DNA from: Thermoplasmata archaeon
GTDB taxonomy: Archaea; Thermoplasmatota; Thermoplasmata; Thermoplasmatales; ARK-15
Assembly: GCA_038880255.1 (NCBI GenBank)
Contig: JAVZSA010000004.1
Coordinates: 1-62,879, forward strand
Length of the DNA: 62,879 bases
Direction: 5' to 3'
Shown: piece after piece, positions 9,951 through 20,011 of the stretch
Numbering within the stretch: position 1 is the first letter of the stretch
How the letters are laid out: each line of letters opens with the position of its first letter
The notes under the pieces: model-generated
The model's input: only the letters and a program-made list of their open reading frames with translations
The model's database searches: none
Told to the model about the DNA's origin: nothing
Made by a program: the position numbers and the translations under genes

Positions 9951-10406
9951 ATGTCAAGGATTCATTCAAGCAAACATGGGAGATCTGGATCTAAGATTCC
10001 CTTACGAAATGGTGTCCCAGAATGGGCACTCTATAAAGGAAAGGATGCAGAAGCAAAATTGATAGAATTAATTAGGCAAGGAAATACAATGAGTAAAGCG
10101 GGCATTTTATTAAGAGATCTTTATGGTGTTCCAAGAATTAGGGCTGTAACGGGAAAAAAGATGCTTAAAATATTAAATGAAAATAATCTGTCTCCAAAAA
10201 TTCCTGAGGATTTATTGGCATTGATGAAAAAGGCAGTTAACTTAAACAATCATCTAAAAAAGAATCCAAAGGACTTATCAAACCTGAGAGGTTTGCATTT
10301 AATAGAATCAAAAATATTCAGACTAGTAAAATATTATAAAAGAATAGGAAGACTTCCAGAAAACTGGAAATACAGTATTGAAACTGCTGAACTACTTACA
10401 AAATAA
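9951..10406 (+). CDS. rps15: 30S ribosomal protein S15 (uS15/S13e)
   Basis: MSRIHSSKHGRSGS, LRDLYGVP, IPEDL, LIESKIFRLVKYYK. Confidence 0.97.
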   Translation: MSRIHSSKHGRSGSKIPLRNGVPEWALYKGKDAEAKLIELIRQGNTMSKAGILLRDLYGVPRIRAVTGKKMLKILNENNLSPKIPEDLLALMKKAVNLNNHLKKNPKDLSNLRGLHLIESKIFRLVKYYKRIGRLPENWKYSIETAELLTK

Positions 10407-10408
10407 AT

Positions 10409-11725
10409 ATGATAAACTTATCTGATTGTTTTAAAAATAAATTTGAATTATTGAAAAAAAATATAGAGGAATCAAAAAGAATTAGAATTTTAGCTCATTA
10501 TGATGTAGATGGTGTTTCAGCCGCTGCAATAATTTTTAATACTTTTAAGGGGAAGGATTTTCATATCTCTTTTGTAAAAAATCTTTCAAAGGAAAATATA
10601 AAAAATTTTCTTGAAGAGAAAAAGGACTTTTATTTATTTTTAGATATGGGATCATCACTGATTTCATATTTAGAAGGTAAGGCTAATTGTGCAGTGCTTG
10701 ATCATCATCCACCAGAAAAAGATTCTGAAAATATTATTCATATTAATCCAAATTTCTGCGGTTATTCAGGATCGAAAGATGCTTGTGGCTCTACATTAGC
10801 CTTTCTTTTTTCAATTTATATTAATGAAAAGAATATTGAACTTTATCCATTATATCTTTCCGGTGTAATCGGAGACAAACAGAATATTGGAGGCTATTCA
10901 GGTTTAAATCTTGAATTAGTAAATATTTTAAAAAACAATGTGCCTGTTAAGAGTACATTAAAAACACAGGGTAAAAATATTTTTGAAGCACTTCTTTATT
11001 CTACGGAACCATTTATTGAAGGCTTTTCAGGAAAACAGGATAATGTTTTAAATATTTTAAAGAGAATTGGTATTGATTCAAACTCAAACTTTGATTCTCT
11101 GGATGATGAAAAAAAGACAAAACTACTCTCCTGGATTGCTTTAAATTTATTGAAAAGGAATGTAGAAAAAGAAATTATTGAAAGCGTCTTAGTTGAAAGT
11201 TTTAATATAGGAAAATTTAACGACACATTTCTTAGTGAGATTGTTGATGCTTGCGCAAGACAGGAAAAACAAGGTCTCGCATTAGCATATCTAATCGGGG
11301 ATAAATCAAGGGAATCGGAAATAATACAGATATATGTGGAATACAAGAAAAAACTCATTAATGAAATTTATAACGCTATTCAAAACACAAAGAATTTAAA
11401 AAATTTGCAGTACTTTTTTGTTTCTGAAGATTCAATGGCGGGTGCGGTAGCAAGTTCACTTATGCTATATTATCTTGACAGAAAAAAAGTCACTGTAGCA
11501 TTTCATGAAAAAGATAGTGAATTAAGGGTTTCAGGAAGGGCCACAAGAAAACTTGTTGAAAATGGAATTGATTTAGGTAAAAATTTTAAATTTTGTGCTG
11601 AAAAATTTAATGGTTATGGTGGCGGACATGATATAGCAGCAGGTGCTAATATATCAAAAGAAAAATTTGAAGATTTTCTTAAATGTCTTGATGAAAATTT
11701 AGGTGCGAATAATGACAATACCTAA
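10409..11725 (+). CDS. DHH-family phosphoesterase, archaeal RecJ/GAN (Cdc45-like)
   Basis: HYDVDG, LDMG, LDHH and GGGHDIAAG motifs all intact; conserved position after rps15. Confidence 0.9.
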   Translation: MINLSDCFKNKFELLKKNIEESKRIRILAHYDVDGVSAAAIIFNTFKGKDFHISFVKNLSKENIKNFLEEKKDFYLFLDMGSSLISYLEGKANCAVLDHHPPEKDSENIIHINPNFCGYSGSKDACGSTLAFLFSIYINEKNIELYPLYLSGVIGDKQNIGGYSGLNLELVNILKNNVPVKSTLKTQGKNIFEALLYSTEPFIEGFSGKQDNVLNILKRIGIDSNSNFDSLDDEKKTKLLSWIALNLLKRNVEKEIIESVLVESFNIGKFNDTFLSEIVDACARQEKQGLALAYLIGDKSRESEIIQIYVEYKKKLINEIYNAIQNTKNLKNLQYFFVSEDSMAGAVASSLMLYYLDRKKVTVAFHEKDSELRVSGRATRKLVENGIDLGKNFKFCAEKFNGYGGGHDIAAGANISKEKFEDFLKCLDENLGANNDNT

Positions 11726-12446
11726 ATCACATCCCAGATATGAATCGCTTAAAAAAAGAGAAAGGCTAATAAAATTTTATAAAAAGGGGATTGTGGCAGA
11801 TGCGGGACTCATAGCACATGGAAGGGGAGAAGCGTTTGATTATCTTTTGGGTGAGAAAACACAGGCCTTTGCTTTGGAAGCTGAAAGGGCTGCCGTAGCT
11901 TTAATGAAAATTTCAAAATCACCAGTAATTTCAGTTAATGGAAATGTTACAGCACTTTGTGCTGGTGATATTGTAAAACTTGCACATTTATTGAATGCAA
12001 AGATTGAAGTTAACCTTTTTTACAGGACAGAAAAAAGAATTAAACTAATAGAAAAGGAATTTATAAAATATGGCTATAAAATTTATGGAACAGTACCAGA
12101 TGCAAAAATACCTGGTATAGAACATAAACGTTCATTGGTATTTTCTGGTGGTATATATATTGCTGATACAGTACTTATTCCATTGGAGGATGGTGACAGA
12201 GCTAAGGCTCTCAAAGATATGGGAAAAAATATAATAGCGATTGATTTGAATCCACTTTCAAGAACCGCACAAACTGCAGATATTACCATAGTTGATGAAC
12301 TTACAAGGGCAATAAAGGAAATGATTATAATTTCAAAGAAAGATGAAAATTGGAATGAAATTATTAAAAATTATAATAACAAAAAAATATTATCTAATGC
12401 TCTGAAATTTATAAAGGAAAGGTTGGATTCACTTTCACTTCTTTGA
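11712..12446 (+). CDS. 4-phosphopantoate--beta-alanine ligase (archaeal phosphopantothenate synthetase)
   Basis: IPKSHPRYESL, IAHGRGEAFDY, SVNGN, PLEDGDR, IDLNPLSRT. ATG 11712 follows an AGGTG SD (ORF track starts at 11703). Confidence 0.93.
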   Translation: MTIPKSHPRYESLKKRERLIKFYKKGIVADAGLIAHGRGEAFDYLLGEKTQAFALEAERAAVALMKISKSPVISVNGNVTALCAGDIVKLAHLLNAKIEVNLFYRTEKRIKLIEKEFIKYGYKIYGTVPDAKIPGIEHKRSLVFSGGIYIADTVLIPLEDGDRAKALKDMGKNIIAIDLNPLSRTAQTADITIVDELTRAIKEMIIISKKDENWNEIIKNYNNKKILSNALKFIKERLDSLSLL

Positions 12447-13151
12447 TTCTTGATCAAGTAATTCAGGATGAAGGACATAACCACATGCATAACACATTAT
12501 TGCATCCTTTGAAATAAGTGTTCCACAATTTGGGCATGGTATTAATTCTTCAGTTTCTGGCCTTTTCGGAATTTCGATTTCTTTTTCTTCAATATTTATT
12601 GAAGACACTGGTGTTTCTTTTATTTCAACTTTTTCACCTGAAACTACTGTACTTTTCATTCCTCCCAAACTTTCTATAATATTTTTTATTGTTGAGGAGA
12701 GACTTTCTAATTCACTTTTTCTATTTGAATAATCATTTAACATATTCTTCAGAAGATCTTCATTATTTTTTATTTGTAAAAGATATTTATCAATTGTGGA
12801 TAGATGTGAATTCAATTTTTCTTCATAGGAATTTAGATTATTTAATGATTCATTTAATTTTGCCTGCATATCTTCAATAATTTTTGCCTTGGATTTTAAT
12901 TCATCTTCATGGGATTTAAGTTTTAATGAGTTCTCTTCTATTTCTTTTTCCTTATTCTTTAGATATTCTTCCCTATCCTTTAAATTTTTATCAATTTCCT
13001 CAAGTTTTTTCTCCCAATCAGCTAAATCCTTTTCCTTTTTGTTTATTTCATTTTCCTTTCTTTTTATTTCATCAGCTTGGACCTTCATTTTTTTCAAGTA
13101 TTGTTCCACCTGTTCTAAAATTGATTCATCAGTATTGGGCAAAACTATCAC
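12435..13151 (-). CDS. Hypothetical long coiled-coil protein with C-terminal double zinc-ribbon
   Basis: About 160 aa K/E-rich heptad region, linker, then CPNCG...CYACG; GAGGTGA SD region. Confidence 0.75.
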   Translation of the reverse strand: MIVLPNTDESILEQVEQYLKKMKVQADEIKRKENEINKKEKDLADWEKKLEEIDKNLKDREEYLKNKEKEIEENSLKLKSHEDELKSKAKIIEDMQAKLNESLNNLNSYEEKLNSHLSTIDKYLLQIKNNEDLLKNMLNDYSNRKSELESLSSTIKNIIESLGGMKSTVVSGEKVEIKETPVSSINIEEKEIEIPKRPETEELIPCPNCGTLISKDAIMCYACGYVLHPELLDQESKK

Positions 13152-13244
13152 CTCTTTATAAATGATATTAATTAAATATAATTTAAATTTTTCTATGCTT
13201 TTACCTTGGTAATATTTTTATTTTTTAATCATTTTATTTGAATC

Positions 13245-13919
13245 ATGGATCTTGAAGAAAAGATTGCTGGAGAAATTGTTATTTCCGAAAATCCTGGTTA
13301 TACTATGAAAAAATGGAGGGAGGAATTTAAAATAAAGCAACAGGAACTTGGAAAATTTTTGGGTGTTTCCCCCTCTGTTATAAGTGATTATGAATCCGGT
13401 AGAAGAAAATCTCCAGGTATAAAAATGATTAAAAAATTTGTCAATGCTTTAATCGCCATAGATATGGCAAGAGGTGGAGGGGTAGTAAAAAATTTTCAAA
13501 AAAATTATGGAAGTGATGCGATTATCGATATTAGAGAATTTTGGAAACTTGTGACAAGATTAGAAATAACTGAAGTACTAGAAGGTGAAAATTTAAATAA
13601 AAAAGCTGACATGAAAAAGCCTGTACTTGGGTATACAATGATAGATAGTTTGAAAGCAATACTTGAATTTAGTTCAAGCGATTATATAAAAATTTATGGA
13701 TGGAGTAATGAAAGAGCGCTTATTTTTACTGGCGTAAAATTTGGAAGATCCCCCATGGTAGCAATTAGGGCACATCCATTAAAACCAGGAATGGTAATTT
13801 TTGCAAGACCTGAAAATGTTGATTCATTAAGCATAAAACTTGCGGAATTGGAGAACCTTCCTCTTGTTGTTACAAAACTTGAAGATAGTGAAATAATAAA
13901 AAGGCTGAGAAATTTATAG
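13245..13919 (+). CDS. XRE-family HTH transcriptional regulator (archaeal COG1709-like)
   Basis: KIAGEIVIS, KKWRE, SPSVISDYESGRRKSPG, GRSPMVAIR. Confidence 0.88.
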   Translation: MDLEEKIAGEIVISENPGYTMKKWREEFKIKQQELGKFLGVSPSVISDYESGRRKSPGIKMIKKFVNALIAIDMARGGGVVKNFQKNYGSDAIIDIREFWKLVTRLEITEVLEGENLNKKADMKKPVLGYTMIDSLKAILEFSSSDYIKIYGWSNERALIFTGVKFGRSPMVAIRAHPLKPGMVIFARPENVDSLSIKLAELENLPLVVTKLEDSEIIKRLRNL

Positions 13920-15422
13920 ATCAAAATTTAATTTCTCTTTTACTGCATTAACAATCTCATGATTTTTTATTAAAGTAACAAGATTTTCTATATCTGGATT
14001 TAATGGCCTATCTTCTTTCAATGGAGCAATATGTTCTCTAATTTTTTTGTAGGCGATTTCTGTTCCCTTACCCATTGAATATTTTTTGAATTCAAGGGCC
14101 TGCGAAGCTACAAGAAATTCTATTGCTACTACATAAGTGGTATTTTCAATTATTTGTCTTGCTTTTATAGATGAAATCATTCCCATACTTACGTGATCTT
14201 CTTGATTTGCACTTGTTGGAATTGAATCAACACTGGCTGGATGACTAAGAACCTTATTTTCTGAAACAAGGGAAGCTGCAGTATATTGTGGGATCATCAT
14301 TCCCGAACTTATTCCTGGACTCATTGTTAAAAATGGAGGTAATCCACTTAACTTTGAATCAACCATTCTTGCAATTCTTCTCTCTGCTATATTTGCAATT
14401 TCGGATATGGCAATACCAAGAAAATCCATTGACATTGCAATGTATTCCCCATGAAAATTCCCTCCTGAATATGCTCTGTCTAGAACAACAGGGTTATCCG
14501 TTACTGAATTTATTTCCCTTTCCACAATCCCTTTTACAAACTTTATTGTTTCATAAACAGGTCCTAGAACCTGAGGTATACATCTAATCGAATAAGCATC
14601 TTGGATCTTATTTTTCTTTGATTCTTTGATTATTTCACTCCCATTAAGAAGTTGCATTAATCCTTTACCAACTTTTATTTGACCTTCATGAGGCCTGAGA
14701 GAGAGTAATTCATTTCTGAAAGCATCATCAGTTCCAGAAAGTGCTTCTATGGACATTGATGATGAAATTATTGAATTTTCAAGGATATTCAGGGAATCTT
14801 CAACTGCCAAAGATGAAATTGATGCCATAAAGGAAGTACCGTTTATTATTGCCACGCCTTCTTTTTCCATTAATGAAAGAGGGGGAATATTTAACTCATT
14901 AAAAACTGTTTTAGATTCCTTTATTTCACCTTTATACTTAACTTTCCATTCACCAATCATTGCCAATGCAACATGTGCAAGTGGAGCAAGATCCCCACTA
15001 GCACCAACACTACCTCTACTTGGAACCAAAGGTAAGATATTTAAATTTATCATAGAAACAAGTAGTTTTATTACTTCAGGTCTTACGCCAGAAAAGCCTT
15101 TTAAAAGGGTATTAGCTCTAATTAACATTGCACCTCTAACAATTTCATCCTGAAAATAATCCATAACACCTGAGGAATGGGATCTAACTAAGTTATTTTG
15201 TAATTCCCTTGCCTTTTCTATACCAATGTTAATATTGATCAAATCACCAAATCCAGTGTTTACACCATATATTTTATCTCCCTTTGCTATTAAATTTTCA
15301 AGATTTTTCCTATTTTCAATAACACGCATTAGGGATTGTTCGTCAATTTCTACTCTTTCAAAATACCGAGAAACATTAAGAACATCCTTTGTAGTAAGAT
15401 GGTTACCATCAATTTTTACCAT
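13914..15422 (-). CDS. hutH: Histidine ammonia-lyase
   Basis: YGVNTGFG, GSVGASGDLAPL (MIO-forming ASG), QDAYSIRC, GGNFHG, NQEDHVSMG. Confidence 0.95.
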   Translation of the reverse strand: MVKIDGNHLTTKDVLNVSRYFERVEIDEQSLMRVIENRKNLENLIAKGDKIYGVNTGFGDLININIGIEKARELQNNLVRSHSSGVMDYFQDEIVRGAMLIRANTLLKGFSGVRPEVIKLLVSMINLNILPLVPSRGSVGASGDLAPLAHVALAMIGEWKVKYKGEIKESKTVFNELNIPPLSLMEKEGVAIINGTSFMASISSLAVEDSLNILENSIISSSMSIEALSGTDDAFRNELLSLRPHEGQIKVGKGLMQLLNGSEIIKESKKNKIQDAYSIRCIPQVLGPVYETIKFVKGIVEREINSVTDNPVVLDRAYSGGNFHGEYIAMSMDFLGIAISEIANIAERRIARMVDSKLSGLPPFLTMSPGISSGMMIPQYTAASLVSENKVLSHPASVDSIPTSANQEDHVSMGMISSIKARQIIENTTYVVAIEFLVASQALEFKKYSMGKGTEIAYKKIREHIAPLKEDRPLNPDIENLVTLIKNHEIVNAVKEKLNFDL

Positions 15423-15442
15423 ATCTAGTAAAATGATTTTTT

Positions 15443-16249
15443 CTATATAATCGCTTCGTTATAAAGTATTCTTTTTACCAACTCTCTATCAGCTAGATCC
15501 TTTACACTAATTCCATTATCCTTTGCAATTTTTTTCAACATATTCATTACACCAGTTCCGTACTGCATTGCCACCTTTTTTCTATTTAAAATTGATGATG
15601 GAAGATTTAATCTATTTGCTAATTTTCTTAATACTATTTTTCTTTCATCACCTATTTTTTCTTCCAATGGTATTTCCATAGAAAACTTAAGCGTCTCTGG
15701 ACTAATAAATGGTGTATGGAGTGATTTACCTAATGATCGGGCTATTTCCATTTCCCTTGGTATTGTTCTTCCTATTAATACTATTATGTCTTTTTCCATT
15801 AAATGTGGGTTGTTTAAATATTTTGCATAACCACCAAAAAGTTCATCTGCTCCCTGACCGGTAAAAATATTTTTTTCTTTTGTATTTGAAAGTACTATAT
15901 AAAATGGAATTTCATATGAGAGTTCTACAATAGATAGATCTCTATATCTATTTATTAATTTCCATAATGTTTTTAATACATTTTCTCTATCTATAAATAT
16001 TGTTTTATGATCCACCTTTAACTCTTTTATTATTTCAATTGAATTTTTTATATCCTTTGAATTATAAAATCCACCAGTATATGCTATTACATCATAGTGT
16101 TCCTTAACAATCGAAAGAATTATTGTGCTATCAATGCCTCCTGAAAATAATACTGCTACAATTTTATCCCTTATTTTAGGAATATTATTCATGAGAAGAT
16201 TTTGAAGTATGTCCTCATACTTAATATGATTTATATCGAAGTAATGCAT
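15443..16249 (-). CDS. Stand-alone asparagine synthase C-terminal (ATP-pyrophosphatase) domain protein
   Basis: FSGGIDS PP-loop, TGQGADELFGGY, RKKVAMQYGTG; no N-terminal glutaminase domain. Confidence 0.85.
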   Translation of the reverse strand: MHYFDINHIKYEDILQNLLMNNIPKIRDKIVAVLFSGGIDSTIILSIVKEHYDVIAYTGGFYNSKDIKNSIEIIKELKVDHKTIFIDRENVLKTLWKLINRYRDLSIVELSYEIPFYIVLSNTKEKNIFTGQGADELFGGYAKYLNNPHLMEKDIIVLIGRTIPREMEIARSLGKSLHTPFISPETLKFSMEIPLEEKIGDERKIVLRKLANRLNLPSSILNRKKVAMQYGTGVMNMLKKIAKDNGISVKDLADRELVKRILYNEAII

Positions 16250-17907
16250 CTTAATATCAACCCCTTTAATTTATTTGATAAATCTTCAATTTTAATTCTT
16301 TCCTGTTGTGTTGTGTCCCTTTCCCTTAATGTAACGGTATTATCCTTTATTGTTTGATAATCAACTGTTATACAGTATGGAACTCCAATTTCATCTGCTC
16401 TAGCATACCTTTTACCTATAGAGCCTGAATCATCATAATAAACTGTAAAACCTTCCATTCTTAACCTTTTCTCTAGATTTTTAGCGATTTCATCTAAACC
16501 ATCCTTTGGCATAAGTGGGAATATGGCAGCATTATATGGAGCAATGTGAGGTTTGAGTCTAAGAACCTTATAACCAGTATCTTCCCTCAAATAATATGAA
16601 TGCTCTAGAATAGAAAGTATTATCCTATCTATACCATAGGAAGGTTCTATTACCCAAGCAATATCCTTTTTACTTTTTTCCAATGTCTCTACCTCAATTA
16701 CATTTATTGCATCCTTTGGAATCTTAACACCATGGTAAATTATATCATCATTAACATAGGTTAGATTCTCTATATATTGTTTAACATTTTTCCAATCTTC
16801 CCCAAATATTTCCTTCAATCTTTTATCATTTGTACTAAACTTTTTAACAATTTTTTTCATTGGAACATCTAAGTTTTTAATAAATCTAAGATCTACTTTA
16901 GAATATTCCATATGTTGCTTTATATCATATTGATTCCTATCCGCAATTCCTGTTACCTCAATCCATCCATTTGAAGTAAGTACTTCACAATCCCAACAAT
17001 CCCTAGAATAATGTGCAAGTTCTTCAGGATGATGTTGCCTGAATCTTATTTTATCTGTGTCTATACCTATATTTTTCAAAAATCTATAAGTAAGACCTAT
17101 AAAATATGCAATTGGTTGTTGCTTAATAATTTCCATTTTTAAAGCTTCTTCAAGAGATATTTCAATATTTTCACCTTTATTCGTGAGTAATTTTACCTTT
17201 GTTAAGAGCATATCATTAAAAAATCCTTCCCATCTCAAATTTTCAGAATCAAAAAAAACCTCTGCTTCTGCCATATTGAATTCCCTTAACCTAATTAAAC
17301 TTTGTCTTGGAGAGATTTCATTTCTAAAACCTTTACCCACTTGTATTACACCAAATGGTAATTTTTCTCTAAAGTACCTTAAATATGGCAAAAAGTTTAT
17401 AAATATACCTTGAGCAGTTTCAGGTCTCAAATAAGCAATTTTTCCTTTTCCAGGACCTACTTTTGTTGATAACATAAGATTAAACTTTTCAGGTTTTGTA
17501 AGTTTTCCATTACACTTTTCACATTTAAGATTTAATTCTTCCATTTTTTTTAACATATCTTCATAAGATGTAAATTCATAATCTGGTAATTTTTTCTTAA
17601 TTAATTCATCTGCCCTATACGCTTCACCACAATTTTCACAATAGGTAATGTAATCTGTAAATACTTTTGTATGGCCTGAAGCATCAAGTACTTCTTCAAC
17701 GGTAATATTAGGAGAATCTATTGGAGCCATATTTTCCAGATTAACAAAAATATGTTTCCACATCTTAACAATGTTATCCTTTATCAAAGCACCGATTGGA
17801 CCATAATCGTAAAAGCCAGATAAGCCGTTATATATTTCAAATGATGGCCAAAAAATTCCCCTTCTTTTAGCAAGTTCAATAATATCCTGATATTCCATTT
17901 CCATCAC
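16231..17907 (-). CDS. glyS: Glycine--tRNA ligase (alpha2, archaeal/eukaryotic type)
   Basis: GFYDYGP, YLRPETAQG, FRNEISPRQ, ELAHYS, IEPSYGIDR, SIGKRYARADEIG. Confidence 0.97.
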   Translation of the reverse strand: MMEMEYQDIIELAKRRGIFWPSFEIYNGLSGFYDYGPIGALIKDNIVKMWKHIFVNLENMAPIDSPNITVEEVLDASGHTKVFTDYITYCENCGEAYRADELIKKKLPDYEFTSYEDMLKKMEELNLKCEKCNGKLTKPEKFNLMLSTKVGPGKGKIAYLRPETAQGIFINFLPYLRYFREKLPFGVIQVGKGFRNEISPRQSLIRLREFNMAEAEVFFDSENLRWEGFFNDMLLTKVKLLTNKGENIEISLEEALKMEIIKQQPIAYFIGLTYRFLKNIGIDTDKIRFRQHHPEELAHYSRDCWDCEVLTSNGWIEVTGIADRNQYDIKQHMEYSKVDLRFIKNLDVPMKKIVKKFSTNDKRLKEIFGEDWKNVKQYIENLTYVNDDIIYHGVKIPKDAINVIEVETLEKSKKDIAWVIEPSYGIDRIILSILEHSYYLREDTGYKVLRLKPHIAPYNAAIFPLMPKDGLDEIAKNLEKRLRMEGFTVYYDDSGSIGKRYARADEIGVPYCITVDYQTIKDNTVTLRERDTTQQERIKIEDLSNKLKGLILRCITSI

Positions 17908-18749
17908 TTAAATATTTCAAGCAAATCAATATCATACAACATAGCAATCAAATTATCATATGAATCTCTTACAGGTAATTGGGAAAAATTGTTGTCTATC
18001 ATTAATTTTGCTGCTTTGTAAACAGGGGATTTGTTTAATATTGTCACAGGATTTTTTACCATTGCTTTAGAAACGGGTATTTTTGGCAATTCAAGTCTTT
18101 CTTCAACATAAAGTATTTTTAATATATTTCTCATTCCCTCCCAAGCCCAGGAATCATCATCTTCACCAATACCAAGTTGGCTCATTTCTTCATTTGTTTC
18201 CACCTTTATATTTTCAAAAATATCCCTATCTGTAATTACACCTTTTAGATTTGCATCGTCATCAACAACTGGGAACGCATTTATTTTTGTTAATGTTATC
18301 ATGCGGAAAACAACTTTTAATGGTGTGGATTCATGGACAAGAATACAAGGTTGCTTAATGAAATTTTCAACCAAATCCTGAACCTTTTTTTCATAGATGA
18401 GTTTTAAATAATCATAGGGCGTAACAATTCCGACAACATTTTTTTTATCATTAATTACTGCTATATGCCTTCTTTTAGTTGTAAAGAAAATTTCTACACC
18501 CTTTGAAATTGGTGAATCAGGTGTTAACACAGGCATATTTTCCCTCATTATCAATGCTACTTGATCTTCTTTCGGATGTTCAAAAATATCTCTTCTAGTT
18601 ATCATTCCTAGATATCTCTTATTTTCATCTACCACAGGTAATCCAGTAATATTATTTTTTATCATTAATTTAAGTGCATCATTCCTTGAAGCTGGAGCTT
18701 TAAGTACAATAGGGTTTTTTGTCATTATATTTGATATCTTTTCTGACAT
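17904..18749 (-). CDS. CBS-domain protein (four CBS repeats)
   Basis: Repeated GLPVVD/AFPVVD/QLPVRD motifs; archaeal DDDSWAWEG insert. Confidence 0.9.
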   Translation of the reverse strand: MSEKISNIMTKNPIVLKAPASRNDALKLMIKNNITGLPVVDENKRYLGMITRRDIFEHPKEDQVALIMRENMPVLTPDSPISKGVEIFFTTKRRHIAVINDKKNVVGIVTPYDYLKLIYEKKVQDLVENFIKQPCILVHESTPLKVVFRMITLTKINAFPVVDDDANLKGVITDRDIFENIKVETNEEMSQLGIGEDDDSWAWEGMRNILKILYVEERLELPKIPVSKAMVKNPVTILNKSPVYKAAKLMIDNNFSQLPVRDSYDNLIAMLYDIDLLEIFK

Positions 18750-18862
18750 TACTTAACTCACCTCTATTAATCTTATTCTAAATTTTAAGGTATTATATTA
18801 AATTATTCTTCAAAATTCCTAAACCTTCCCAAAATTTAAATAAAGAAATTTATTTAAGAGTT

Positions 18863-19150
18863 TTGATGAGTGAAGAAACATCTTTCAAAGTAATCTCAAA
18901 GGGAAAGGATTTCATTTGGGTAGAGGTATTGAATTATGACAACACAATATTAAGACCATTAATTGAAGAGATAGCTAATGACCCTATGGTTATTGAAAGT
19001 AAATACAATATTGAACATCCTTCATTAGATAATCCAAAAATTTATATAAAAGTGAAAGAGGGAAAACCACAGGCAGCCATAAAAAGGGCTTTAAGAAGAC
19101 TTGAAAAAACATTTGAAGACTTGGAAAATGAAGTCAAAAAAAGTTTATGA
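18863..19150 (+). CDS. rpoL: DNA-directed RNA polymerase subunit L (Rpo11)
   Basis: DNT..L, Y.IEHP..DNP and C-terminal helix; ATG at 18866. Confidence 0.88.
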   Translation: MMSEETSFKVISKGKDFIWVEVLNYDNTILRPLIEEIANDPMVIESKYNIEHPSLDNPKIYIKVKEGKPQAAIKRALRRLEKTFEDLENEVKKSL

Positions 19151-20011
19151 TTTTTTGGAAATTACCTCTACTTTTGGTATGGGTAAAAATTCAATTTTTC
19201 TTAGTTCTTTAGGAATAAGTATATGAATGTATATATCTTTAAAGGGTTTTTCTTGATACATTTCTAATTTTCCACTTGATTCCAAAAAAAGTAATGAAAT
19301 CATTGTTTTTATTGAATCTTCTTTTGTTCCATCCTCAATTTGTCTTTTTATAAATTCATCTTCCATTTCTGCTATTCTTGACCATATTTCCTTAATATCT
19401 TCTTCCAGCGTATCCCTATGCATCCTTTCTCCTACCATTATCCTATATTTGTTTTCAATTTCTTTTTTCTCAATCAATTCCTTCTTTTTCTTTTCAGATT
19501 CAATAATTGCTTCCTTTAATGCACCTAAAAGTTCATTAAATGTAATCTGTCTTTTATTAATATGTCTTATAGGTTCTGTAAGAGGATTCCCATGAATTAT
19601 TGTATCAGTTATTTCATAATTGTATTCATGTGATGGAGAAATTTCATAGGGTGTCCATTCCCCATAAAAATCTTCTTCAATTGGTGAAAATTTTTCCAAT
19701 ACTTTTTCACTTTTTATATATAAAATTTCCCAAGCCATATGGATTAATTTTCCAGCGGTGATAAAGTCTATTAAATTTTCTTCCTTTACCTTTTTTAAAA
19801 AAAGGGTAGTAAATTTTATCAAGTCAATATCAAATGGATTAAAATTTTCCTCTATAACTAATTGAAATGCTAGGGCAATCGTTTTTAATTTTGAATCTTC
19901 TATGGATATGTAACAATTTTCTTTATTTTTTTTCATTTCCTCTAAATAATACATCAAAGTTTCATCATTTATATTTGAACCCATAATTTCCTTCAAAATT
20001 TCATTGTCCAT
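19145..20011 (-). CDS. scpA: Segregation/condensation protein ScpA (kleisin)
   Basis: NPFDIDL, AGKLI.MA...L..KSE, C-terminal SLLFL...GK...YQEKPF.DI; directly downstream of smc. Confidence 0.9.
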   Translation of the reverse strand: MDNEILKEIMGSNINDETLMYYLEEMKKNKENCYISIEDSKLKTIALAFQLVIEENFNPFDIDLIKFTTLFLKKVKEENLIDFITAGKLIHMAWEILYIKSEKVLEKFSPIEEDFYGEWTPYEISPSHEYNYEITDTIIHGNPLTEPIRHINKRQITFNELLGALKEAIIESEKKKKELIEKKEIENKYRIMVGERMHRDTLEEDIKEIWSRIAEMEDEFIKRQIEDGTKEDSIKTMISLLFLESSGKLEMYQEKPFKDIYIHILIPKELRKIEFLPIPKVEVISKKS

